Position numbers and translations under genes: made by a program
Shown here: positions 46,027 to 55,344 of the stretch, in pieces
Layout: every line of letters starts with the position of its first letter
Numbering within the stretch: position 1 is the stretch's first letter
The notes under the pieces: model-generated
Database searches by the model: none
Seen by the model: only the letters and a program-made list of their open reading frames with translations
Told to the model about the DNA's origin: nothing
Source: an uncultured virus (IMG/VR IMGVR_UViG_3300025894_001089)
Taxonomy: Duplodnaviria > Heunggongvirae > Uroviricota > Caudoviricetes
IMG/VR virus record: IMGVR_UViG_3300025894_001089
DNA: 64,000 bases
Direction: 5' to 3' (one strand)

Positions 46027-47391
46027 ATGGCTGTTATACAAATTTCAAGAATCCAAGTCAGACGTGGATTGCATGACAACTTACCTAGTTTAGCTAGTGC
46101 TGAAATGGGTTGGAGTTTAGACACACGTAGACTTTTCATTGGCAACGGAACGGCAACTGAAGGTGCTCCCGTTATTGGTCGTACTGAGGTTTTAACTGAG
46201 CATAGTGATATTCTTGCACTTGTAGATATTTTTAGTTTTAAAGCACTACCTGCAGGATTCGTTGCTAACACAGGACCAAACAATACAGAATTTACACGAA
46301 GTCTACAAGAAAAACTTGATGACTTTGTAAATGTACGTGACTTTGGTGCAAAAGGTGACGGCGTCACAGATGATACCGCTTCTATTACAAGAGCATTAAT
46401 TAATACTTTTGGTTATACAAGTACCTACCCTGGTATTAGTACTAGACGAACAATTTATTTCCCAAGTGGAAAGTATCTAGTCTCTGCCGCAATTAACGTT
46501 CCTCCATTTATTAACATTGTTGGTGACACTGCTGATAGCACACTAATATTTACAGAAACTTCAAGTACTATTGCAACAGTTTTCCAACTAGTAGACAATA
46601 ACTCAAACCTTGCAAGTTCATTTGGTGATGCTCTTGGAACTATTACCACACGTGGAAGAGATTATACTTTTAGGAATATTGGAATACAACATGCAGGTGC
46701 CGCAATTAGTCCTTGTGTATTAATTGCTGGTGGTGAAAAGATCCTATTTGATAATTGTAAATTCTTAGGACCAGCCGCTAGTACAGTCGATCCTGCAACT
46801 ACTCACTCAGCAATATTTGTTCAGAACAATACAAACAACGCTGGATTTAAAGCAAACAATATTAAAGTTATTAATTGTGAATTTGAAAATCATGGGTATG
46901 GTATTGAAACACTCAGTACTGTTGACAACTTGGTTGTATCAGGAACCAAGTTTAAAAATGTTTGGTTAGGAACAGTACTAAGTGCAGACACTACAAACTA
47001 CACATTAGAAAACAATTCATCAGAAAGTGTTGATGGCGAAACAGCCGCATCACAAACATTTATCGAATCCCGTGGCGCAAAGAAAACAAGCTCTACCTTA
47101 ACTAAAACGATTGCACAGAATACAACTGGCACGTTTACTGAGGTTGATTTTCTTGATGATTACAATCATATTACAATAGAATATGTATGCACAGTTGGAA
47201 CTAATAAGAAAATTGGAAAGTTTAGAGCAGTGGGCACTGGCTCTGCTTATAACTTTGAAGATGATTTTATTTCAACAGCAGATCTAAATGTAGAATTTGA
47301 AGTCAATACTACAACTGGAGTAATTACATATAATACAACAGGTGCAACAGGGGATGCCACTCTCACTTATTCAATTGAGTTTCATGCATAA
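46027..47391 (+). CDS. Tail fibre/spike-like protein with pectate-lyase-3-like beta-helix
   Basis: VNVRDFGAKGDGVTDDTASI...IYFPSGKY; N-terminal RIQVRRG module; TAAATA upstream. Confidence 0.8.
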   Translation: MAVIQISRIQVRRGLHDNLPSLASAEMGWSLDTRRLFIGNGTATEGAPVIGRTEVLTEHSDILALVDIFSFKALPAGFVANTGPNNTEFTRSLQEKLDDFVNVRDFGAKGDGVTDDTASITRALINTFGYTSTYPGISTRRTIYFPSGKYLVSAAINVPPFINIVGDTADSTLIFTETSSTIATVFQLVDNNSNLASSFGDALGTITTRGRDYTFRNIGIQHAGAAISPCVLIAGGEKILFDNCKFLGPAASTVDPATTHSAIFVQNNTNNAGFKANNIKVINCEFENHGYGIETLSTVDNLVVSGTKFKNVWLGTVLSADTTNYTLENNSSESVDGETAASQTFIESRGAKKTSSTLTKTIAQNTTGTFTEVDFLDDYNHITIEYVCTVGTNKKIGKFRAVGTGSAYNFEDDFISTADLNVEFEVNTTTGVITYNTTGATGDATLTYSIEFHA

Positions 47392-47429
47392 TTAAATCCT
47401 CATTGCTCATAGTATAATGAGTATAGACA

Positions 47430-47876
47430 ATGTGGAAGCTACGTGACCCAAATCAACGTTTGTTGAACTGGAAACAATTTAGAAAAAGATTAAACGGACT
47501 CGATCTTGAGACGGCGCTTCAGGAAACTGTTGACTATTGGTGCTCACCGCCGTGGGCACCTTTTTACTTAGACGAAGAGGATCCAAACTCATGGCCGGCA
47601 CCATGGGATCTAATTGTTGACAATTATTTTTGTGATATTGCAAAAGCATTAGGCATGGTATATACAATTTACTTAACTGATCACCAGCCTGATATAAAAT
47701 TAAATATCTACCGAGAGCCGGATACGGGCTGTAATCTAGCATTGGTGGTTATCAACAGGAAATATGTTCTTAATATGAATTCTGGACAAGTATTAAATAG
47801 ACAATACATAGAAGATAGTTTACAATTAAGATACACGTACAACGTCAAAGAACTAAATCTAGAAAAGTATATATAG
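47430..47876 (+). CDS. Hypothetical phage protein
   Basis: WPAPWDLI...FCDIAKALG; 148 aa. Confidence 0.65.
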   Translation: MWKLRDPNQRLLNWKQFRKRLNGLDLETALQETVDYWCSPPWAPFYLDEEDPNSWPAPWDLIVDNYFCDIAKALGMVYTIYLTDHQPDIKLNIYREPDTGCNLALVVINRKYVLNMNSGQVLNRQYIEDSLQLRYTYNVKELNLEKYI

Positions 47877-47884
47877 GAGATTCA

Positions 47885-50206
47885 ATGAGCCAAATTCAAG
47901 TAACAAAAAGAGATAACAGGAAAGAATCTCTTGATTTAGAAAAATTACACAAGGTTGTTTTCTGGGCAACTGAAAATATTAACGGTGTTAGTGCCAGTCA
48001 AGTTGAAATTAAAAGCCATATTTCATTTTATAACGGAATTTCTACATATGAAATACAGGAAACTCTTATTAAGAGTGCCGCTGATTTAATTAGCGAAGAC
48101 ACGCCAAACTACCAATGGGTGGCAGGGCGACTTTTAGCATATCATATTCACAAGCAAGTCTTTGGAGCATTTGGTTCACCTGATTCATTATTAGATGTAG
48201 TAAAACGAAATGTTAAATCTGGCTTTTATACAGAAGAATTATTAGAAAAATATACAGAAGAAGAGTTCAATCAAATGAACTCTTTTTTAGATCATACTAA
48301 AGATGAATCCTTTACGTATACAGCCATGGAACAATGGCGCGGCAAGTATCTAGTACAAAATCGTGTAACAAACGAAATATTTGAAACTCCACAAATAGCA
48401 TATATAATGATAGCCGCAACATTGTTTGCTGAGTACCCACAAGAAACACGTATGAAATGGGTAAAGGATTATTATGAAGCTATCAGCAATTTTGATATTA
48501 GTTTACCCACTCCTGTTATGGCTGGTGTTCGAACACCGCAAAAACAGTTTTCGTCATGTGTCCTTATTGAGACCGACGATAGTCTTGATAGCATCAACGC
48601 CACTACTAGTAGTATAGTTAAGTATGTCAGTCAAAAAGCTGGTATTGGCGTTGGTGCTGGACGTATTCGTGCATTAGGCAGTCCTATTCGCAATGGTGAT
48701 GCATACCACACTGGTGTTATCCCGTTTTATAAAATGTTTCAAAGTGCAACTCGTTCTTGTTCACAAGGTGGTGTACGCAACGGTGCCGCAACATTGTATT
48801 ACCCAATTTGGCACTATGAAGTCGAAGACCTACTTGTTTTAAAGAATAATAAAGGCACAGAGGATAATAGAGTACGCCACATGGATTATGGGGTTCAATT
48901 CAACAAATTAATGTACGAAAGACTCATCTCTGGTGGTAATATTACATTGTTTTCACCCCATGACGTGCCTGAATTATACGAGGCGTTCTATAATAACCAA
49001 GACAGATTTACTGAGCTATACGAAATAGCAGAACGTAATACACGCCTTCGTAAAAAGACTATGCGAGCAAGTGAGTTGTTTGGATCGTTTATGGAAGAAC
49101 GTAAAAACACTGGACGTATCTACTTGCAGAATGTAGATCATGCAAACACACATAGCCCATTTAAAGAAGAAATTGCACCTATTAAAATGAGCAACTTATG
49201 TTGTGAAATTGATTTACCAACAGTGCCATTAAAAGATGTAAACGACGAACTGGGTCGTATTGCATTATGCACATTATCAGCAATTAACTTTGGTAATATA
49301 TCAAAGCCTGAGGACTTTGAAAAAATGTGTACGTTAGCAGTACGTGGTTTAGATGCACTATTAACATATCAGAACTATCCTATTAAAGCCGCAGAATTAG
49401 CAACTAGAGAATATAGGCCACTTGGTATTGGTATTATTAACCTAGCATACTTTTTAGCACGCCAAGGACTTTCTTATAGCGATCCAAGTGCTCTTCCCGT
49501 TATTGATGAATACATGGAAGCCTGGAGTTATTATCTTATTAAGGCTAGTGCTGATCTCGCCGTTGAGCATGGTCCATGTGAAGGTTGGAAAAATCTAAAG
49601 AGTGCTGATGGTATTCTGCCAATTGACACATACAAAAAAGAAGTTGATGAACTAGTAGCTCACAAAGAACGTATGCCTTGGAAGAGTCTGCGTAAACAAA
49701 TACAAGAAACTGGACAACGTAATGCTACATTGATGGCTATCATGCCTGCAGAAACATCAGCACAAATTAGTAATGCTACAAATGGTATTGAACCTCCTCG
49801 TGCATTGGTAAGTGTTAAGCAAAGCAAACATGGAGCATTAAGGCAGGTTGTGCCAGGTTATTGGAAGTTAAGGACTAAGTACGAACTACTATGGGATCAG
49901 ACTAGTCCACAAGGTTATTTAAAAATTTGTGCAGTTATGCAGAAGTATATTGATCAGGGAATGAGTGTAAATACAAGTTACAACCCACAGCATTACGAAG
50001 ACGAAAAGATTCCGATGAGTACAATGCTTGGTGATATACTGCTTAGTTACAAGTACGGTATTAAGCAACTATACTATTTTAATACATACGATGGCCAAGG
50101 CGAAATTGATATTAATAGTATGGTAGGACAGATCAAAGAACAAGATCTTAAACAAGTAGAACTAGAACCAATCATTGAAGAAGATTGCGATAGTTGCGTA
50201 ATTTAG
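47885..50206 (+). CDS. nrdA: Ribonucleotide reductase class Ia, alpha subunit
   Basis: ATP cone VTKRD; PTPVMAG, QFSSC, SNLCCEI, MPAETS, KQLYY, C-terminal CDSC. Confidence 0.98.
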   Translation: MSQIQVTKRDNRKESLDLEKLHKVVFWATENINGVSASQVEIKSHISFYNGISTYEIQETLIKSAADLISEDTPNYQWVAGRLLAYHIHKQVFGAFGSPDSLLDVVKRNVKSGFYTEELLEKYTEEEFNQMNSFLDHTKDESFTYTAMEQWRGKYLVQNRVTNEIFETPQIAYIMIAATLFAEYPQETRMKWVKDYYEAISNFDISLPTPVMAGVRTPQKQFSSCVLIETDDSLDSINATTSSIVKYVSQKAGIGVGAGRIRALGSPIRNGDAYHTGVIPFYKMFQSATRSCSQGGVRNGAATLYYPIWHYEVEDLLVLKNNKGTEDNRVRHMDYGVQFNKLMYERLISGGNITLFSPHDVPELYEAFYNNQDRFTELYEIAERNTRLRKKTMRASELFGSFMEERKNTGRIYLQNVDHANTHSPFKEEIAPIKMSNLCCEIDLPTVPLKDVNDELGRIALCTLSAINFGNISKPEDFEKMCTLAVRGLDALLTYQNYPIKAAELATREYRPLGIGIINLAYFLARQGLSYSDPSALPVIDEYMEAWSYYLIKASADLAVEHGPCEGWKNLKSADGILPIDTYKKEVDELVAHKERMPWKSLRKQIQETGQRNATLMAIMPAETSAQISNATNGIEPPRALVSVKQSKHGALRQVVPGYWKLRTKYELLWDQTSPQGYLKICAVMQKYIDQGMSVNTSYNPQHYEDEKIPMSTMLGDILLSYKYGIKQLYYFNTYDGQGEIDINSMVGQIKEQDLKQVELEPIIEEDCDSCVI

Positions 50207-50223
50207 ATAAGAAAGTAAAAAAA

Positions 50224-51348
50224 ATGTCAGTATTTAATTCTAAAAAAATTGACCAAACAAAGTGTTTGGCATTCCTGGATAAATCAGGTGGAGCCAGCAT
50301 TCAACGTTATGACCAGTTAAAGTATAAGCAATTTGATAAATTAACTGAAAAGCAGTTAGGTTTTTTTTGGAGACCTGAAGAAGTAGATATTGGTCGTGAC
50401 AGTAAAGACTTTAAAGAGTTAACCGATCACGAAAGACATATTTTTACTAGTAATCTTAAAAGACAAATCTTGCTAGATTCAGTACAAGGTCGCAGTCCTA
50501 ACTTAGCATTACTTCCAATTGTTACTATTCCAGAACTTGAAACATTTATTGAAACATGGGCATTCAATGAAACTATTCATAGTAGAAGTTATACACATAT
50601 TATTAGAAACGTATATTCTAATCCTAGCGAAGTTTTTGATTCAATGTTGGATATTCAGGAAATTGTTGATTGTGCAACTGACATCAGTACCAATTATGAT
50701 TCTCTTATTGAAAGTGTAAATCTTTACAATTTGTTTGGTGTAGGCACACATACACTTAACGGAAAGAAAGTTACTGTTGATTTGTATGATATCAAAAAGA
50801 AACTATTTTTAGCTATTACAAGTATTAACGCATTAGAAGGTTTGCGTTTCTATGTGAGTTTTGCATGTAGTTGGGCATTTGCCGAACTTAAGAAGATGGA
50901 AGGCAATGCAAAAATTATCAAGTTTATTGCACGTGATGAAAATGTACATCTTGCCGCTACACAAACATTACTTAAACTACTTCCGCAAGACGACAAAGAT
51001 TTTATTAAAATACGTAAAGAAACAGAAGAAGATTGTAAAGCCATTTATTTTTCCGCCGCTCAGCAAGAAAAAGAATGGGCAAAGTATTTGTTTTCAGGCG
51101 GGTCAATGATTGGTTTAAACGAAGTATTATTAGGCCAATATGTTGATTGGTTACTATGCAAACGTATGACAGCAGTTGGACTTGATTGTGGCTTTAAGCC
51201 AGGTAGTAATCCGTTACCATGGACGCAGAAATGGATTGCAGGTGGTAATGTACAAGTTGCTCCCCAAGAAACAGAAATTTCCAGTTATATCGTCGGCGGT
51301 ACTAAACAAGATATAACAGATAACACATTTAGCGGAATTACATTATAA
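50224..51348 (+). CDS. nrdB: Ribonucleotide reductase class Ia, beta subunit
   Basis: FFWRPEEV, ETIHSRSY, EGLRFY, RDENVH, VAPQETEISSY. Confidence 0.97.
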   Translation: MSVFNSKKIDQTKCLAFLDKSGGASIQRYDQLKYKQFDKLTEKQLGFFWRPEEVDIGRDSKDFKELTDHERHIFTSNLKRQILLDSVQGRSPNLALLPIVTIPELETFIETWAFNETIHSRSYTHIIRNVYSNPSEVFDSMLDIQEIVDCATDISTNYDSLIESVNLYNLFGVGTHTLNGKKVTVDLYDIKKKLFLAITSINALEGLRFYVSFACSWAFAELKKMEGNAKIIKFIARDENVHLAATQTLLKLLPQDDKDFIKIRKETEEDCKAIYFSAAQQEKEWAKYLFSGGSMIGLNEVLLGQYVDWLLCKRMTAVGLDCGFKPGSNPLPWTQKWIAGGNVQVAPQETEISSYIVGGTKQDITDNTFSGITL

Positions 51349-51378
51349 TAAATAATGTAAGCTAAAGGAAATGGAATA

Positions 51379-51624
51379 ATGATCAAAGTTTACACAAAAC
51401 CTTTGTGCCCATATTGCGATATGGCAAAGGATTATCTACAAACACAAGCAGTTATATTTGAAGAAATTAATGTTATGGAGGATAGTGATGCCCTTTCTTT
51501 TATTAAAGGTAAGGGACATCGTACAGTACCACAAATTTACAACGAAGATGAACTGTTGGTTGAAGGTGGATACACTGGACTTGTTAAATTAGGCAGAGAG
51601 GGCTTATTAGAGGCAATTGGATAA
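51379..51624 (+). CDS. Glutaredoxin
   Basis: CPYC, TVPQI, GG. Confidence 0.93.
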   Translation: MIKVYTKPLCPYCDMAKDYLQTQAVIFEEINVMEDSDALSFIKGKGHRTVPQIYNEDELLVEGGYTGLVKLGREGLLEAIG

Positions 51625-51941
51625 TGACCGCCTACGAGTCCATAGAGACAAAAACGTATAAAATAATGACTTCGTTAAAAGAAGGTGTACATCTTAAGTC
51701 TAGTAAAGAGAGAAAAGAAGAGTTAGCAGAATTAGGATTTAATGTAGAGGTTGATATGCGTATAGGTATGCTGTATACACTCGAGTGTGAATCGAATAAA
51801 GTTGAGGCTATAGCAAAAGCATTAATAAGTCCAACAATGGAAGACTACTTTATTACTGAAGTTAAAAAAGAGTTTGATACACTAGAAGAAGTTGCGTATG
51901 TTAATGTTGATAAGCAGTATAAGATAGAGATGATAAAATGA
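51624..51941 (+). CDS. PurS-like protein (FGAM synthase small subunit), divergent
   Basis: LKEGV...LAELGF..V.MRIG..Y.L...LISPTMEDY parallels PurS LKPGV..LGF..VRIGK..LLANPVIEDY. Confidence 0.6.
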   Translation: MTAYESIETKTYKIMTSLKEGVHLKSSKERKEELAELGFNVEVDMRIGMLYTLECESNKVEAIAKALISPTMEDYFITEVKKEFDTLEEVAYVNVDKQYKIEMIK

Positions 51942-52228
51942 CCGCAGTACATAGAGATACTGACGCAAGAGTTTGTGGGGCCGCTACTACCGTTGTTGGA
52001 AATAGGACTGTTAAAGTTAATGGTCTTCTTGCTAGTGTCAATGATGACCCAAATAGTCATGGCGGCGGAGCCATTAGTGCAAGTACTGCTAGAGTATTTG
52101 TTGAAGGTAAGATGCTAGTTGAAGTTGGAGATGCCGCCGCACCAGATGGATTATGCCCACCAGTTGGTGGCGCTCATTGTGCTCCAGCAACAGCCAGCGG
52201 AAGCCCAGACGTCGTTGTCGGATCATAA
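51938..52228 (+). CDS. PAAR-domain tail-spike tip protein (T4 gp5.4-like)
   Basis: Short Gly/Ala-rich protein, VFVEG, ASGSPDV, Cys/His residues. Confidence 0.8.
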   Translation: MTAVHRDTDARVCGAATTVVGNRTVKVNGLLASVNDDPNSHGGGAISASTARVFVEGKMLVEVGDAAAPDGLCPPVGGAHCAPATASGSPDVVVGS

Positions 52229-52265
52229 TAATAACCCAACATTTAAGTAAGCGGTAAATAGTAGT

Positions 52266-54272
52266 ATGACTATTACGCCCACAGTATTAATTGCCGCCAA
52301 TGGCATACTTAACGACCAAGCATTTGGAGTAAATTCTGATTTTGGCACAGAAGTATTTGACCTACAAGACTATGTTGTTAGTAACGTTGCTGGAACACAA
52401 AACACTAGTATATTAAATGCACTTCTAGTACTCAAAGAAAATTGGGAAACTGAAGTTATGACTGATGCAACGGATAGAGATGCATTGTGGGCATTAATTG
52501 AAAATTATAAATTTTTACGTGGCAATCGTACTACTAAAACAGAATCACTAACAGCATCAAGTATTCGTGTAACTGATCCTAAATGGGTATGTGACAAGTA
52601 CAACGACATACATGTATTATTTAATGCTAGTGCAAACAAAACATTTAAAGTAAATTATCTAATGCAACAGTTTGAACCTGTTGTTACGTCAAGCGAAAAA
52701 ACACATATTTCACTTGCTAAGTTTAAAGATGCTGAATGGGACGACATTAGTTTAGATGTTAAATCACATGATGAAATTGCAAACAACGGTCTTGTAAGAT
52801 TACTATTAACTGGCAGTGATGTTCAAATTGACAATATCAATTTACTTAAACAAAATTTACGTGTAGCTGAACGCCTTGATGATGTAGCCGGTAGAAGACT
52901 TGCTGTATTAAGCAAAGCACTAAGAGATCTTGGACAGTTATTTGACGCTAAAGATTTGGCCAACATGGGCCTAGCTAAAACATTAATTGAAAATATGTAC
53001 AGTCTTGGTTTAAGTCAAATTGGTGCGTTACATAAAAAAGTATTAGCATTAGAAGTTAATTCGCTTGATGATATAAAAGAAATATACTTGGTAGATATCC
53101 TTAGAGAAATTACAGGCAAAGCACTTGATGAAATAATTGAGCGTACTGGAGTTGTTCTACCAGATCCAGCTAAAGTTAAAACACTAGCAGATCTTTTAAA
53201 ACAAGAAAATCTGTTTAGTAAAGAAGTCTTAGATGAATTGCCAAACGGAACACTTACAGGATTGGCGTCAGTACTAGAAAAGATACCAGGTAACTTTGAA
53301 ACCTTAACACAAGTATCTGATATGCTTGACGGAGTTGAGATACCTATATTAACCAATTTAACAGCAGAAGCATCACCGTTGCCTGCAACAGATTATGATG
53401 CAATTTTAAGTAAAACACCAAAAGGATCTGGTGTGGTTAACAATGTAATATTGCCAGACATGTTCTGCCCAATCACTGGAACTAACATATACACTGCTAT
53501 TAAAATATTCAACAAGTTCAATGAAGCAGTTGAAAATTTGCTTGGCGCCGCCAGTATATATTCATTGTCAGCAGTTAATCAAGCATCACAAACAACCGAC
53601 ACCTGGCGTAACAACTGGATAACAGCATTAAACTCTATTACAACTTCTACTTCTTGTATTTACTGGCTAAATCGTTGCGAAGAAGAATACGCTGAATTTT
53701 ATAGACAAACTAGTGTTACTGATAGTGTTTTTAAAGCCTTTTTTGGAACCAGCGAAAGCCTATTAAGTGAATGGTCTGGTTGGGCAGACTCAAACAACCC
53801 AAGCGGTGCAACAACATATGACAATCCAGACGGTAATACAGATAGCTCATATGCAAGTTCTAGTAGATTGGTTAACAGTTTACATCAATTTGGAGTTGAT
53901 ACCGGAAACTTGGGCTACAGAGAAACTTTTGAAAAATTAGCAAAAAATAATCGTTTTGGAGACGCTATACGTTCTGCGTTGTCTGAAGGCAAAATGGCTG
54001 TCATTGAAGCACGTAATGGAAATACTCTAGTAGGAACATTCAATGAAACTGAATTTCGTGCAGGCCTTGCAAAAGAGGCACTAATTGAAGCAACTGAAAA
54101 ACGTAAAAAAGCACGTATTGAATTAGATAAAATGATTGATGATATTGCTAAAGGAATAACAGTAGATAGTGACTTGCAAGATATTATTCGTATGCGAGTT
54201 GAAAGTACAGTTAATAAAGAACGTGAACTTGCATCAGTTGCAGGTGTAAAAATTAATCCATTTTTGAAATAA
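52266..54272 (+). CDS. Hypothetical protein, probably virion/baseplate-associated
   Basis: 668 aa; TAAATA upstream; follows PAAR. Confidence 0.55.
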   Translation: MTITPTVLIAANGILNDQAFGVNSDFGTEVFDLQDYVVSNVAGTQNTSILNALLVLKENWETEVMTDATDRDALWALIENYKFLRGNRTTKTESLTASSIRVTDPKWVCDKYNDIHVLFNASANKTFKVNYLMQQFEPVVTSSEKTHISLAKFKDAEWDDISLDVKSHDEIANNGLVRLLLTGSDVQIDNINLLKQNLRVAERLDDVAGRRLAVLSKALRDLGQLFDAKDLANMGLAKTLIENMYSLGLSQIGALHKKVLALEVNSLDDIKEIYLVDILREITGKALDEIIERTGVVLPDPAKVKTLADLLKQENLFSKEVLDELPNGTLTGLASVLEKIPGNFETLTQVSDMLDGVEIPILTNLTAEASPLPATDYDAILSKTPKGSGVVNNVILPDMFCPITGTNIYTAIKIFNKFNEAVENLLGAASIYSLSAVNQASQTTDTWRNNWITALNSITTSTSCIYWLNRCEEEYAEFYRQTSVTDSVFKAFFGTSESLLSEWSGWADSNNPSGATTYDNPDGNTDSSYASSSRLVNSLHQFGVDTGNLGYRETFEKLAKNNRFGDAIRSALSEGKMAVIEARNGNTLVGTFNETEFRAGLAKEALIEATEKRKKARIELDKMIDDIAKGITVDSDLQDIIRMRVESTVNKERELASVAGVKINPFLK

Positions 54273-54930
54273 ACTGATATACCTTTTTAAGTAATCTTTT
54301 TACAACTGGATGGTCAGTTTTCCAATCAAACATAGCAAAGTATGCCATTAAGTTGGGACTTAAAAACTTACCCATATCATCTTTAAAACTAGCGGCTTTC
54401 CCTGCCATTCGTAGTAATTGTAGAGCTCCATCTTTGTCTGCTTTACGCACAAGTTCATCTGCAATGTTCATTGCGTATGCTTCAATTTCGTCCGGACGAG
54501 TCATGTACTCGTAATTTGAGTCACGTTGGTCGTATCCATCTCTGCCATCAACAAAGTCTCTGCCACTATATTGTTGAGCATGTAATAGTTCATGTTTAAC
54601 AGCATCAGATAATTCGTTTATAAAATATTCTTTACCTTCGTCAGTCCAGTCTACTGTTTTGTCTTTGCTATTAAAAATTAAAGCAAGTTCAATAAACTCG
54701 TCTGCACCATCTTCATGATCCTCTGGTTCATAATAAGCACTCAATGCCATTTCGCCACTTGGTACTTCATTTGAGTTGTGTATAACAACACGAAATTGTT
54801 CACCTGTTTCGTCAAGTAGTACTTTTCTGATAATTTTGATAATTTGAGATCGTGATTGTCCAGGCTGTAACAGGCTATACAGTTTGGATAAATTGAACTT
54901 CTTTTGGGCAGTAATCTCGTTGACTTTCAT
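54253..54930 (-). CDS. Zincin-like (HExxH) protein
   Basis: KHELLHAQQ...YMTRPDEIEAYA; start MKVNEI at 54930 after minus-strand TAAATA. Confidence 0.65.
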   Translation of the reverse strand: MKVNEITAQKKFNLSKLYSLLQPGQSRSQIIKIIRKVLLDETGEQFRVVIHNSNEVPSGEMALSAYYEPEDHEDGADEFIELALIFNSKDKTVDWTDEGKEYFINELSDAVKHELLHAQQYSGRDFVDGRDGYDQRDSNYEYMTRPDEIEAYAMNIADELVRKADKDGALQLLRMAGKAASFKDDMGKFLSPNLMAYFAMFDWKTDHPVVKRLLKKVYQFISKMD

Positions 54931-55090
54931 AGTTGTATTTAGTATAATCAATATAAGACTTTAAACTCAGAGATGTCTGGCACGGTAAATACGTACAGTT
55001 CCAGCTCAGATTATTGTGCTGGAATTATGACTTAATAATGCGGAAGGTGAATAAACTAAAAAATAAATCGTAAACATAGGAGATTCAGAA

Positions 55091-55324
55091 ATGTCTTACT
55101 TTGAAAATAAAGCAAGTAAACAAAGCGGTCGTGTAGACGATCTGTTAAATGAAGAAGTCCAAGATGAAGATTTTGTTTTTATTGTTGATGGAGTTACTGG
55201 AGAATTAAAAAGTGTGTTTTGCCCACAGTTACCGGATAATACACAAGTAAACAGTACCATCATCCGAACATTAAATGTGTTTGGAATCAACGAGCTCGGC
55301 GGTCAACCTAAAACTGTACATTAA
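55091..55324 (+). CDS. Hypothetical protein
   Basis: AGGAG RBS; 77 aa. Confidence 0.65.
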   Translation: MSYFENKASKQSGRVDDLLNEEVQDEDFVFIVDGVTGELKSVFCPQLPDNTQVNSTIIRTLNVFGINELGGQPKTVH

Positions 55325-55344
55325 TTTTAAGGAGAAAAAATTAT

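Noticed and set aside
47885..51348. Introns, inteins or homing endonucleases in nrdA/nrdB or the helicases
   Set aside because: ORFs are uninterrupted and of normal length, with no intein motifs seen
54980..55090. Hairpin TTCCAGC..GCTGGAA and a CGGAAGG complementary to 9428-9434
   Set aside because: A single hairpin, and a 7-nt match is expected by chance in 64 kb
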